DNA of 64,000 bases from assembly GCA_020632265.1 (NCBI GenBank), contig JACKFW010000001.1, forward strand, positions 465,892-529,891. The letters run 5' to 3'. Of this stretch, positions 18,097 through 27,781 are shown in pieces. The stretch is from Pseudomonadales bacterium (GTDB taxonomy: Bacteria; Patescibacteriota; Microgenomatia; UBA1400; PJMF01). The notes below the pieces were generated by a model. The model did no database searches. It was not told the DNA's origin and worked only from the letters and a program-made list of their open reading frames with translations. The stretch's first letter is position 1. Every line of letters begins with the position of its first letter. The position numbers and the translations under genes are program-made.

Positions 18097-18558
18097 ATGA
18101 GTGATACTATTATAAACATGAGTCAATTTTTTCTTGCTTATTGGTGGTTATTGCTTTTAGTAATAATTATTATAGCAATTTTCACTAGAAATTTAATTAA
18201 ATTTCTAACTACAGTTATAATATTTATTTTTATATTTATCGTTTTTTGGCAAGTAATTATAAAATCAGGATTTACTCAATCAAATCAGTGTTTCACAAAT
18301 GACTTGAGTTCATCAATCTCTATTAATGAGCGTGCAAAACTTATGAATCCTGGCATAGAGAGAAATCAATATATATGTTCAGAAAGTGTAAAAAGTTTTA
18401 TTTTACTTGAAAACTGTTTAAATAATTCAAAGTTTTCAAACAAATTAAGCTTTACGATTTTTTCCAATCTACCTTGGTTTAAAAATACTATGAATGATGT
18501 TGTAACAACTCATAATCAAAATTGTCCTAATGATCGAATAGACACTCTAACTTATTAA
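18097..18558 (+). CDS. hypothetical membrane-anchored protein (cassette 8)
   Basis: 153 aa with two N-terminal TM helices. Confidence 0.4.
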   Translation: MSDTIINMSQFFLAYWWLLLLVIIIIAIFTRNLIKFLTTVIIFIFIFIVFWQVIIKSGFTQSNQCFTNDLSSSISINERAKLMNPGIERNQYICSESVKSFILLENCLNNSKFSNKLSFTIFSNLPWFKNTMNDVVTTHNQNCPNDRIDTLTY

Positions 18559-18598
18559 AAGCTTATATATTTTATTATTAAACAGTTATCTCAAACCA

Positions 18599-18689
18599 GG
18601 TTCTAACTTGGTACACACCTCCACATGTCAGAACTCTAGGTTAGAAATGTGCTAAAATTGGGATAGGTGTAGAGAATTTGATATCTAAT
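18599..18689 (+). repeat. full cassette junction unit (variant-A core plus promoter-like module)
   Basis: ggttctaacttggtacacacctccaca then tgtcagaactctaggttagaaatgtgctaaaattgggataggtgtagagaatttgatatctaattagaacctaat. Confidence 0.7.
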
Positions 18690-18743
18690 TAGAACCTAAT
18701 ATATATTAAATTGCATTAATAATTTTGTATTGTATTATAAGCA

Positions 18744-19013
18744 ATGTTGTATAAAAAAAAAGTTGTTATGTCACAAAAAATATCAAAATCATCATTACAG
18801 ACAAAAATGATTAAGATAATTGTTAAAAAATATGCTTTGGGTTATATAAATTCAATGAAGGCACGTAACCTAATGGCAGAGGTGTTATCAAAGCTTTCTC
18901 ATTCTACAATTGGACAACTTGATTATCACCAAGTTCTATATTTAACAAGAATAGATGCCATTTTTAGTGAGTTAAAAGATTTCTATTTATCAAAAAATAC
19001 AAAAGGGAATTGA
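18744..19013 (+). CDS. hypothetical small protein (cassette 9, first gene)
   Basis: 89 aa. Its stop overlaps the start of the next ORF. Confidence 0.35.
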   Translation: MLYKKKVVMSQKISKSSLQTKMIKIIVKKYALGYINSMKARNLMAEVLSKLSHSTIGQLDYHQVLYLTRIDAIFSELKDFYLSKNTKGN

Positions 19014-20647
19014 TGATGCATGAAAATTGGTCCATCCCGCCAAATGAAAAAATGACCTTCGGAGAAAGAGGAAGACGAATTAAAAGAAAAGTTATTAAAA
19101 CTTTAAATAGGTTTCAAACACTTTTTTGTATAAGAGATAAAACAGTTGCAGAGATTGCTAAAGCAGAAGATGAAAGTTCTAAAAATATTGATCCCATTAA
19201 TCAATTTGCTGTTACTATGATAAGTGCAGAACCAACTGATTGGATTAATATATTGACTAGTTTGAATGATGATGAATCAGTTGATCTAGATAAAACAATA
19301 GTTGCTCCAGAAAAAACTACTCATGAAAAAGTTCCTTTTGGTTATTTACAAATAGTAACTAAATTAGATCAGGAACAAGTTGAAGATGATGATTCTTTCC
19401 CAAGAATTGAAGGTAGTTTAGAACCTCTTTCAACAAAATATGCTGTTCAAGTTGCAGATTCTTCAACAACAAAGATAACAGATAATTTATCACATCATCG
19501 AATGATGATTGCTACACCACGTTCAGGGAGACAACTAAACGAACTACTTGATGCAGAAATTATATATGGTGGCAGAGCTATTTCTACAATAATGATTAAA
19601 GGTACTGGAGTTCCCAATATAGTCAGAGAAACTTGGGTTGATTATGCAGGGCAAGATGACCCATTTTTTTTCACAGAAAAACAGACTGGTGGTGAAACGG
19701 CAACAGGCTTGATTGCTAAAAATGAAATGATGGGACCAGCACTCAAAGAAGATCAAGTAGAAGATGCGCGAAATTCATTAGTTCTTCATAATGCTGGAGT
19801 AAAGGTAAGAATTCCTTTAGGTGGTTGGGAAGTTAAATCATTTGTTATTGCTGGAGAACAAAAAGATATTGCTTGGTTTAAAGAGCATGGATATGATGGA
19901 GAAGTGTTATATCAATCTGCTTGGGGAATGACATGTCCTTTGCGCATTGAAGATATCAATGATATGTTATCAGAAGCTGTTTATGTTAATAATAATCCAA
20001 AACTACTTGATGATTTACTCAAAGAATTACTTGTTTTTGCACAAAAAGATAAATCAAAACCCTATGTAGATCTCTCTAAAAAATGGAAAGATATTTTAGA
20101 TTTAGATAATTTTGAACTTGATGAAGATACCCGAGTACAGCTCTGGACAGATTTTGGCATTGCTCTCTGTGAAACTATGGGCAGTAATTTTGATTCAATG
20201 CATAAAGCTAATTTAAAGCATGGTAATGCTCATGATCAAAATATTTCATTTTTTGGTGAACTATGTGATAACTCAACTGTAAGTGAGGGTCTACTTGTGT
20301 CTGGAGGTGATCAAAAAATTGGTGATGATATTGATAGTTTTGCTGATGGCATGAGAAGATTCAATGATCGGGTATTAGCAATGAGTGGTGTAAATACCTT
20401 TGATGAGTTTGAATTAGTACAGGAAGCACTTGATAAATATAAACAGGCAGTTAGAAAAAACTGGATATCTTATGAAGAATGGGTGAAGACTAGTACTGGG
20501 TTGCTTGTTTCTGATAATGACAACAGAAATAGAGCTGAAAATGAATTAAATGAATATCAGAATGAAGTAGACGAGTATGATATAAGCAGACAAATACTCA
20601 GAAAAACTGGTGGAGAAAGACGATTTCGAATATATGGTGAAGATTAG
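19010..20647 (+). CDS. hypothetical protein (cassette 9, second gene)
   Basis: 545 aa, acidic, soluble, with no motif recognised. Confidence 0.45.
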   Translation: MMMHENWSIPPNEKMTFGERGRRIKRKVIKTLNRFQTLFCIRDKTVAEIAKAEDESSKNIDPINQFAVTMISAEPTDWINILTSLNDDESVDLDKTIVAPEKTTHEKVPFGYLQIVTKLDQEQVEDDDSFPRIEGSLEPLSTKYAVQVADSSTTKITDNLSHHRMMIATPRSGRQLNELLDAEIIYGGRAISTIMIKGTGVPNIVRETWVDYAGQDDPFFFTEKQTGGETATGLIAKNEMMGPALKEDQVEDARNSLVLHNAGVKVRIPLGGWEVKSFVIAGEQKDIAWFKEHGYDGEVLYQSAWGMTCPLRIEDINDMLSEAVYVNNNPKLLDDLLKELLVFAQKDKSKPYVDLSKKWKDILDLDNFELDEDTRVQLWTDFGIALCETMGSNFDSMHKANLKHGNAHDQNISFFGELCDNSTVSEGLLVSGGDQKIGDDIDSFADGMRRFNDRVLAMSGVNTFDEFELVQEALDKYKQAVRKNWISYEEWVKTSTGLLVSDNDNRNRAENELNEYQNEVDEYDISRQILRKTGGERRFRIYGED

Positions 20648-20754
20648 TGTATAAATGTATAAAATGAATGTTTTTATGGTTTAATACAGTTGAAGCATTA
20701 GAGCTTTATTTAGCTCAAGAAAGAAGTATTATCAGTGATCGACTAAGTAAAACA

Positions 20755-20783
20755 GGTTCTAACTTGGTACACACACCTCCGCA
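20755..20783 (+). repeat. variant-A core repeat
   Basis: ggttctaacttggtacacacacctccgca. The listed 61-aa ORF 20668..20853 spans it and is probably spurious. Confidence 0.7.
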
Positions 20784-20871
20784 TATTAAGAGACATATTA
20801 GTGCTTTAGAATTAAATTTGATGTTTCTTTTTAACAATTGTAAGAACGCATAGTTTTTCTATACTAGATAA

Positions 20872-21537
20872 ATGGATAAAGAAACAAAAACACACACTGA
20901 ATTTGGTATAAGATCTCAAGAAAATAAAAGGCTGATAAACCAGCTTCAGCTTCAGAAACTTAGTCCTGATATAGATTTTTTTCCCAAAGTCGTAGGCTTT
21001 AAAGATTTTGATAATTCTCAGGGATATGAAGTTGAACAAATTGTTGGACAAACATTTCAGGAACTCATGAGTAGTACTAGTAGCTCTGATTTTATTAGAC
21101 TTCTTCTTGTTGCAACTGAGCAGCAACAAAAACTTTTCAAAAATTATGGCATTTTAGTAAAAGATAGAAATAAAGATAATTTTATTTTTGGAGTAAAAGA
21201 TGAAAATTCAAATCTAAAAGTATATCAAGTAGATTTAGAATCTATTTATGATTCTGTTACAGATGCCGACTTTCTTGATATAAATGAACACTTATTATCA
21301 AGATCTAGTAACCCAATTAAAATTAGTAATGAAAATAAAACTGGCATAGAAATTGCAGATATATGTGATTCACTTCAAGAAATATTTATTGAATATTTAA
21401 AAAGAAAAAAAAGAACACAAATTGAGCAACAAGTTTATGTTAAATGGAATAAAAGACTTGGGACTATTAGGAGGATAAAAAACTTTGATAAACTAACTAT
21501 ACTTTTTGAAGATTTATTGAGAATTTTTGGAAATTAA
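20872..21537 (+). CDS. hypothetical protein (cassette 10)
   Basis: 221 aa with no motif. Confidence 0.4.
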   Translation: MDKETKTHTEFGIRSQENKRLINQLQLQKLSPDIDFFPKVVGFKDFDNSQGYEVEQIVGQTFQELMSSTSSSDFIRLLLVATEQQQKLFKNYGILVKDRNKDNFIFGVKDENSNLKVYQVDLESIYDSVTDADFLDINEHLLSRSSNPIKISNENKTGIEIADICDSLQEIFIEYLKRKKRTQIEQQVYVKWNKRLGTIRRIKNFDKLTILFEDLLRIFGN

Positions 21538-21600
21538 AAATTTGATAAATTGCTCATATCTGAAAATATGAACTAAAAGCCAACTTTTATTTAACTTAAT

Positions 21601-21632
21601 AAAGTTCCAATTTCATCCCACGCTCCCCCGCA
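21601..21632 (+). repeat. variant-B core repeat
   Basis: aaagttccaatttcatcccacgctcccccgca. Confidence 0.7.
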
Positions 21633-21790
21633 TATACAAAAAAGTCTCCTGAAAGGCGATGTTTTTGTATAATTGGGGTGTGGTTTGGTATGCAAAAAGA
21701 TTGTTCGCACCAGTAAGAAGTGAGCATCTGCGAACTTCCTGCTTAGTGCATGTGAGCTTCCTTAAGTAGATGCAAATTGCAGCGAATCGT

Positions 21791-21810
21791 GAATCCCTTC
21801 ACCTCCGCCA
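21791..21810 (+). repeat. terminal direct repeat (attR-like): exact 20-bp copy of the tRNA-Ser(GGA) 3' end
   Basis: gaatcccttcacctccgcca is identical to 8891-8910. It defines an island of about 12.9 kb downstream of the tRNA. Confidence 0.75.
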
Positions 21811-21819
21811 TCGTGTATG

Positions 21820-22920
21820 AAGAAGCCAAGAGATCTGTTAAATATGCCTGTCAATCGATCATTTTAGTCAATTCTAACCTTTGATATTCTCTTCGCAGTG
21901 CTGGTGCGTTGTGTTTGATGGGGACAAACCACTTCATTGGCTCAATATAGAGTTTCTCGCCTTGATTTTAGGATTTTATAGCCAAAATATCAAGCACCCT
22001 TTTTCGTAGACACGGTTTCTAATTAGTTAGCGTAGAATTTTGCAGGCGGCATTTTAAGTGCCGAATGAATTCTGCTATGGTTGTAGTTGTAAAGTGTGTA
22101 GTGAATTTCTTCGAGAAAATGACCTTCTGATTCGAAACGAGCAAATTCAAGACCTAAATCAGTTTTAAAGTTGTTATAAAATGATTCTTGAAATCCATTT
22201 TCTCAAGGCGAAGACTTGGTACTCATAGAAATAGTAACTCCAAAGTCTTGCACTGATTTTGTGTAATCTTGACTTATGTATTCAGAGCCCTGATCGGTGT
22301 GAATATAGATTGGTTTTTGAAAATCTCTTCTTTTTCTCCATCTGGCTTTTCTTTTATATGGCTTGATGCCAAATAACTGCATACATCTTCGAACTCGCTT
22401 TTTGCCAACATCCATCTCAATTGCAATTCTTCTGGACCCATAACTTGGTTGATTAACCAACACTGACTCCATTTGTTCCCTGAGTAAAGTATCTTTTTGT
22501 TTTTGTAAAAAGATCGTTTTGTATAGCCATTGTCGAGAAATACCAAGTGCTTTTGCAACAAACTTTTTATCTAACTAAAGATGAATCTGAGTTGCTTTTT
22601 TAGCTGTTTGTGTTTTTCTTTTTTTTTGATCTCTCCAACTCGAGTGTGACGACCCCCAAGATCTTTTTTAAATCTTCATTTTCCTTGAGCAACCGTTTAT
22701 ATTCTCGGTAATTGACTTGCTCGGTCACTTGACCTCGCAACCAACTATAAATTGTCTTGTCACTCACACCGTATTGTTTGGAAAGTTCCACTGCTTTCTA
22801 TCCAGAATTCACTTTTGCCAGTATTTCAGACTTCACCTCTTATGCTATTTCTACCATTTTTTTTCCTCTCGTTTACCATATTTTACTTAGAGTCTGTGTA
22901 AACTATAAGGGGAGTAAGTG
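21820..22920 (-). mobile_element. decayed IS3-family insertion sequence (transposase broken into at least 3 frames)
   Basis: The ORFs 22600..22791 (HTH OrfA-like MELSKQYGVSDKTIYSWL...), 22274..22561 and 22203..22472 (DDE core ...IHTDQGSEY...) are fragments, and C-terminal transposase sequence continues down to about 21.85 kb with internal stops. The end sequence gtaaactataaggggagtaag at about 22890 is repeated as solo ends elsewhere. Confidence 0.6.
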
Positions 22921-23124
22921 ACTTTGACGAAAAGCAAATTTTTAAATTAAATTTATAATTAATTTTTCTGATTTGTGTATTATACTAAAATAAATAAATC
23001 AATTTTAATAGTTAATTGTAGTAATTGAAAAATTAATCTTTATTATGGCAATACATCTTTGATATAATTTCTTCTCACAATTAAAGAGGATGCTTGCTCA
23101 TCATATAAGCACAGATAGTAGTAT

Positions 23125-24679
23125 ATGCGAGATATTAAAAGAATATATATATTTTTATTTATTATTAGTATAGCAACTATATTTCTAATCTTCAACAACA
23201 TACAATCAAAAAATATACCCTGGTTTTCTGATAATGCAAGAGATTATTTGGTAGCTAAAAATATTATTAAGCATCATGATTTCAAATATATTGCACCTTT
23301 TGCAGAGTTTCAAGAAAACACTTTAGCTAACAGTGTTTTTTACTATTACTTTCTATCAATCTTTTATTTATTTTCCTTTGATAATGAAAAAATATACTTA
23401 TTACTTTATATGGTCTTTTATGCTAGTACGATATTCATTTTTTCTTATTTACTCGGTCGAATATTTTTAGAAAAAAAAACTTTTTTCCATATTTCCAATT
23501 CTGATTTATTTTACCCCTACTATTTATGCTCACGGCAAGTTTATTTTTCAGCCTAATTTTATTTTTCCTATCTTTCTAGTTTGTCTTTACTTTCTTTTTT
23601 CTGCATTTAAAGAAAAATCAATTAAAAGGCTCTCGCTATCTACATTTTTATTTATAATATGTCTAAATATTCATCTCTCAGTTCTTGTATTAATTCCTTG
23701 GATCATTGTTAATAGTATTTATGTCAGAAGCAATTTTAAAAACGTTCATCCTTTTTGGATGATAGTTCCAGACTTAATATTTATTACTGGTATTTATTTC
23801 TTTTTTCTTAATCAAAAAATTATATCTCAATCAAAAAATTGGTTTGATTTCATAATTATTTTTTTCAAAAATATCTTAAATGGGAAGTCCGCTAATTTTG
23901 ATTTAATAGATAATGCCAAATTCTTAATGGAAGAAATAATGAGTAGTGATTTTCATATTAGAAAATTTCAAATAATCTTTTTTATTTTTGTGTTTATTTT
24001 ATCTATAATAATTTACATTAAAAAAAATAAAAATTACTATACTAATTCTTTGATGCTTGCTTTGGCTACTTACATGATAGTGTTCATCTCATTAACTGAT
24101 CTTAGGAATTTTTATTTTTTTCCTGCATACATTATATTAGTATGTTTTGTGATAATTAATATCTTAAAATTAAATCAAAAAGTAGTAATTTTGGTATTTT
24201 TAATATCAATATTTTTTAATTTTGGTATTATTTTTAATGACTTATCCTACAGGAATCGAGATGAGAACAAAAATAAATATCAATTAACTGCAGAGATAAT
24301 TGATAAAGATCTAGCAACTTTGTCAAAAAATGAGCCACATGCATTTTTAATATATTCTGTAGATGATACTCTAAATTTTTCAAATCCTGTTTATTGGTTA
24401 TATTTAGAAAAAAAACTTAATTATCAAATTGTAGAGAATGGAAATTTTTTTAGATTTAGTTTATTGCCCATAACAAAAAATTCAAACAATTTGTATCTTA
24501 TTTGTGATAACCCAAATACAAATTTTGAAGAACCGCCTGAAAAATATAAATGCTTAGAAAGAATTGAGATGCAAAAAGGAATAAAAAATTATTCTAAATT
24601 ATTTGATCAAAAAAATAACAATTTTTCTATATATAAAATTGATCTTATTGATAGCATGAGCAGATATGAGACTCTCTAA
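23125..24679 (+). pseudogene. frameshifted polytopic membrane glycosyltransferase-like gene (two ORFs 23125..23556 and 23759..24679)
   Basis: Both ORFs are extremely hydrophobic, and hydrophobic coding continues through 23560-23760 in another frame. It resembles the 3833..5491 membrane protein in composition. Confidence 0.35.
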
Positions 24680-24906
24680 AGAAACTATTTTACAATTTAG
24701 AAAACTTATTTTTTTTTAGGTTAAAATACAGAGTTATAAATATTGGTTAGATCATCCTAGAACATATTTCAAAGAGCAATTATTCAATTTAAAGATAAAC
24801 AAAAATATACTTATTACCAGAATTAGGTTATAATTTTATAATTACAGATCAAGAAACTCCCCACAATTGAAAAAAGCTCAAGTAGACAACTTTTTACCGC
24901 TGCAGT

Positions 24907-24937
24907 AAAGTTCCAAGTGCATCCCATACTGCTCGCA
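24907..24937 (+). repeat. degenerate variant-B core repeat
   Basis: aaagttccaagtgcatcccatactgctcgca. Confidence 0.5.
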
Positions 24938-24991
24938 AAATATATAAAAAGACCGATTTGATATTTAAAAAAATAAAGATTAAATTAAGAA

Positions 24992-25453
24992 TTATCTAAT
25001 GTTTTTTTGTGTATTCCGTTCATGATAGTCGTAATCAGCTTTTAATATTGCATCCATTCCATCAGTTCTATCAATTCTTTTTTGTTTTGCATTCAAATTA
25101 TAGTCATCAATTGAGAAATTACTAATTATATCCATGTTTACTAATGTAGTTCCACTTCCAATGACTCCAGCATAAATTTGTTCATCGATTTGTGTTAATA
25201 CCACCATTTTACGAATAGATACAGCTTTGTAAAAATATTGGATTGTTGGCAATTCACCATTTTCTCTGTAAATCATCGCAGATTTACCATTTATAAATTT
25301 AGCTAAAGAATTTGCTTGACCCTCAGTGAGGATTCCACTATCAACTAGGGATTTAATATCTTTTGATTTGCTAATTAACTCAAGATTGTCATTTTCAAGT
25401 GCTTTATTTAATAGGTTTATTGGTGATTCACCATCTATTATTTTTTCAGTCAT
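24992..25453 (-). CDS. hypothetical protein
   Basis: 153 aa with no motif. Confidence 0.4.
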   Translation of the reverse strand: MTEKIIDGESPINLLNKALENDNLELISKSKDIKSLVDSGILTEGQANSLAKFINGKSAMIYRENGELPTIQYFYKAVSIRKMVVLTQIDEQIYAGVIGSGTTLVNMDIISNFSIDDYNLNAKQKRIDRTDGMDAILKADYDYHERNTQKNIR

Positions 25454-25603
25454 AAGTTATATGGTATCACAAAATTTATTGGTTTTATACATAATTAATC
25501 AACTTCTTATTTATAATTCATATTGATTTTGAACAATTAAAGATTAAATATATTACTCATATCAGAAAAAAGGAACTAGCAGTCAACTTTTATTTCATTT
25601 AAT

Positions 25604-25755
25604 AAAGTTCCAACTTCATTCCACGCTCCCCGCATTTGACAGAAAGTGAGCTTTAGCTCAGTTTGTGTCAAATATGAATGGGATGAGAAGTTTATGCCCC
25701 ATCAAGCGAAATATAAAAATATAAATTTGAGCATGACCGGGCTTAAATCCCCCTC
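25604..25755 (+). repeat. module M copy 3 (diverged): variant-B core, hairpin, conserved about 60 bp, then a degenerate tRNA-Ser(CGA) 3'-end 17-mer
   Basis: aaagttccaacttcattccacgctccccgca...tatgaatgggatgagaagtttatgccccatcaagcgaa...aaatttgagcatgaccgggcttaaatccccctccctc aligns with the reverse complement of 54351-54515 and of 57741-57877. Confidence 0.6.
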
Positions 25756-25915
25756 CCTCTTAACAATCTGAAGATTTAATAGACTCAAACTTGCAACAGA
25801 AGAATACGAGGTCTCATTAAAGGATTAATCCTCAAAATAATCACTCTGCAAATCAAACATCATTTGGATTAATGGAGGTATTCAAGCCCCTTATAGGACT
25901 AAGTCAAGCCAAGTT

Positions 25916-26995
25916 CTACGGGCTTGATTGTGACTTTTCACTCTCTCGACCGTCTAAAATCCCATCACCATCTGAGTCCGGATTGATTGGGTCAGTACCA
26001 TGTCCAACTTCATAACCATCTAATAATCCGTCGCCATCTGAGTCCGGATTGAGTGGATTGGTGGGATAATAAAAAGTTTCATCACCATCTAATAATCCGT
26101 CGCCATCTGAGTCCGGACTGAGTGGATGGGTGTGAGCTTGAAAAAATTCAGTCCCATCAGCTGATCCATCACCATCAGTATCTTGATTATTTGGATCAGT
26201 ATGTAGAAGCTTAGTCTCCTCGTAGTCCATCAATCCGTCGCTATCTGAGTCCGGATTGAGTGGATCAGTACCATGTTGTTTAACTTCATCGCCATCTGAT
26301 AATAAGTCACCATCTGAGTCCGGATTGATTGGGTCAGTACCATGTCCAACTTCATCACCATCTAATAATCCGTCGCCATCTGAGTCCGGATTGAGTGGGT
26401 CAGTATGAAAATAATTTTCCTCATCAAAGTTCCACAACCCATCTCGATCTGTATCTGGATGAAGTAATCCAGAAAGATATTGGTTAAAATTTGGCAATTC
26501 TTGAGAAATCAGGCATATACCAAGGGAAGAGCTACCAAGTATGGCTACTAGAAAAAGCATACGCATCCTGTTTCTAAATCTTATTCCCCGCCTTCTCCTT
26601 CTCTCCCTATTTGTTTCCTCAGTAGGTGCTGTAATAGAAATTACTTCTGTCTGAGTAGAATTGCTATTTGGTGGTGGATAAATTTCAACTCTTTCTATAT
26701 CTTCTGGGAATCTCTCTCCTCCATAAATTAATAAAAGAAGTTTTTCTCTAACACCTTGCCGTAGACTTTGAGGAATAGTTTCTAGTGCATTCTCTAGTGA
26801 AGAGCCTAAATTGTGATTAGTTGACCGTCTGTAGTGTCCTGCAGCTGCGGGATTACCATGACAAATAATCAAATCTGCGGCATAATTCCATTCGAGGGAC
26901 CGCTGATTATTTGTAACATGATCGGTTGGTTCCAAAAGAGTTTCGTGATCAGGACTCAAAATTTTAATACGATGATCTAATGAACGTTGTATCAT
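25916..26995 (-). CDS. membrane-anchored protein with thrombospondin type-3-like calcium-binding repeats
   Basis: 359 aa. After an internal TM segment (LFLVAILGSSSLGICLI) it carries at least 8 tandem DP(L/I)NPDSDGDGLLDGDE repeats. Confidence 0.55.
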   Translation of the reverse strand: MIQRSLDHRIKILSPDHETLLEPTDHVTNNQRSLEWNYAADLIICHGNPAAAGHYRRSTNHNLGSSLENALETIPQSLRQGVREKLLLLIYGGERFPEDIERVEIYPPPNSNSTQTEVISITAPTEETNRERRRRRGIRFRNRMRMLFLVAILGSSSLGICLISQELPNFNQYLSGLLHPDTDRDGLWNFDEENYFHTDPLNPDSDGDGLLDGDEVGHGTDPINPDSDGDLLSDGDEVKQHGTDPLNPDSDSDGLMDYEETKLLHTDPNNQDTDGDGSADGTEFFQAHTHPLSPDSDGDGLLDGDETFYYPTNPLNPDSDGDGLLDGYEVGHGTDPINPDSDGDGILDGRESEKSQSSP

Positions 26996-27351
26996 AATTT
27001 GTGTTTACAAAAAAGTTTGATAGGTAATTAATAGTTAGTAATTAAGTAAGATAAAAAAACCACTATGATTAATCCTTATGAAATTATATCATTTTTTTTT
27101 AGTTGTGAAAATAATTGTGTCATTTAATGTTATTTAATGAGTTATAAAGATATATTATGAAAGAAATGAATAATTTTTTACTAAATGTATAAATATTTTC
27201 ATTGCATACTTTAATAATCTCCGCGAGAAAAAGATATTTTCTTTTATAACATTCGGCCCCAAATATTCTTCAGCTAATAAAACTAAGAGTAAGGTAAATT
27301 TTTATTATAAAATAGAACCTATTTCATAATCATCGAATAAAATTATAAATC

Positions 27352-27684
27352 CTATACTGTAAAGAGTTTAAGTTTTTTGGCAACTTTGTAAATTTGAAAA
27401 TATCCAGAAATGAGTAAGATTGCGCCAATAATACTTGAAAACATAAAAAATAATCTTATTTGCGTATCATCAAGCATACCTCTAAAACCAGTTTCTAAAA
27501 TATAGAATGTAACAATAACAATTGTGTGAATAACTGTACCACCCGAAATTTTTTTTAAACCAGATCCAAGAGTACCACCCAATTGTTTGGCAGACATCAA
27601 AGCAGTAACTATTATTAAAAATGTGGGAACTAGAACAACTAAATAAGATAGCTTATATAAAGATGAATAACTTAAAGGTTCCAT
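27352..27684 (-). CDS. small membrane protein
   Basis: 110 aa with 3 hydrophobic helices. Confidence 0.35.
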   Translation of the reverse strand: MEPLSYSSLYKLSYLVVLVPTFLIIVTALMSAKQLGGTLGSGLKKISGGTVIHTIVIVTFYILETGFRGMLDDTQIRLFFMFSSIIGAILLISGYFQIYKVAKKLKLFTV

Positions 27685-27781
27685 ACAAAAAAAATTATAA
27701 TATATTAAAAATGCAGTGGATAGCGTTGAAATAAACTACTGAAAATATCAAGCTAAATGTAAACTTTTATGCAACAACTAT

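Noticed and set aside
20668-20853. 61-aa ORF in the track.
   Set aside because: It spans the variant-A boundary repeat (20755-20783) and the conserved junction, so it is most likely non-coding.
12575-21640. Regularly spaced repeats could be read as a CRISPR array.
   Set aside because: Repeat spacing is 0.6-1.9 kb and is occupied by protein-coding genes, not 30-40 bp spacers. The repeats are variable in sequence and length, and no cas genes are present.
21640-21790. Possible small ORF or tRNA fragment in the att flank.
   Set aside because: It is closed by stops in all frames within 40 codons, has no cloverleaf, and is interpreted as a non-coding recombination-site arm.
8899-21812. Classical integron (IntI tyrosine integrase plus attI/attC).
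   Set aside because: No tyrosine recombinase ORF is present. The only recombinase is a large serine recombinase. The repeats match tRNA-Ser 3' ends rather than the attC R''/L''/L'/R' consensus, though their ends are loosely inverse (TTCTAAC/TTAGAAC).
8825-21812. Prophage.
   Set aside because: No terminase, portal, capsid or tail genes are recognisable. The cargo is small unrelated single genes plus a plasmid-type Rep.
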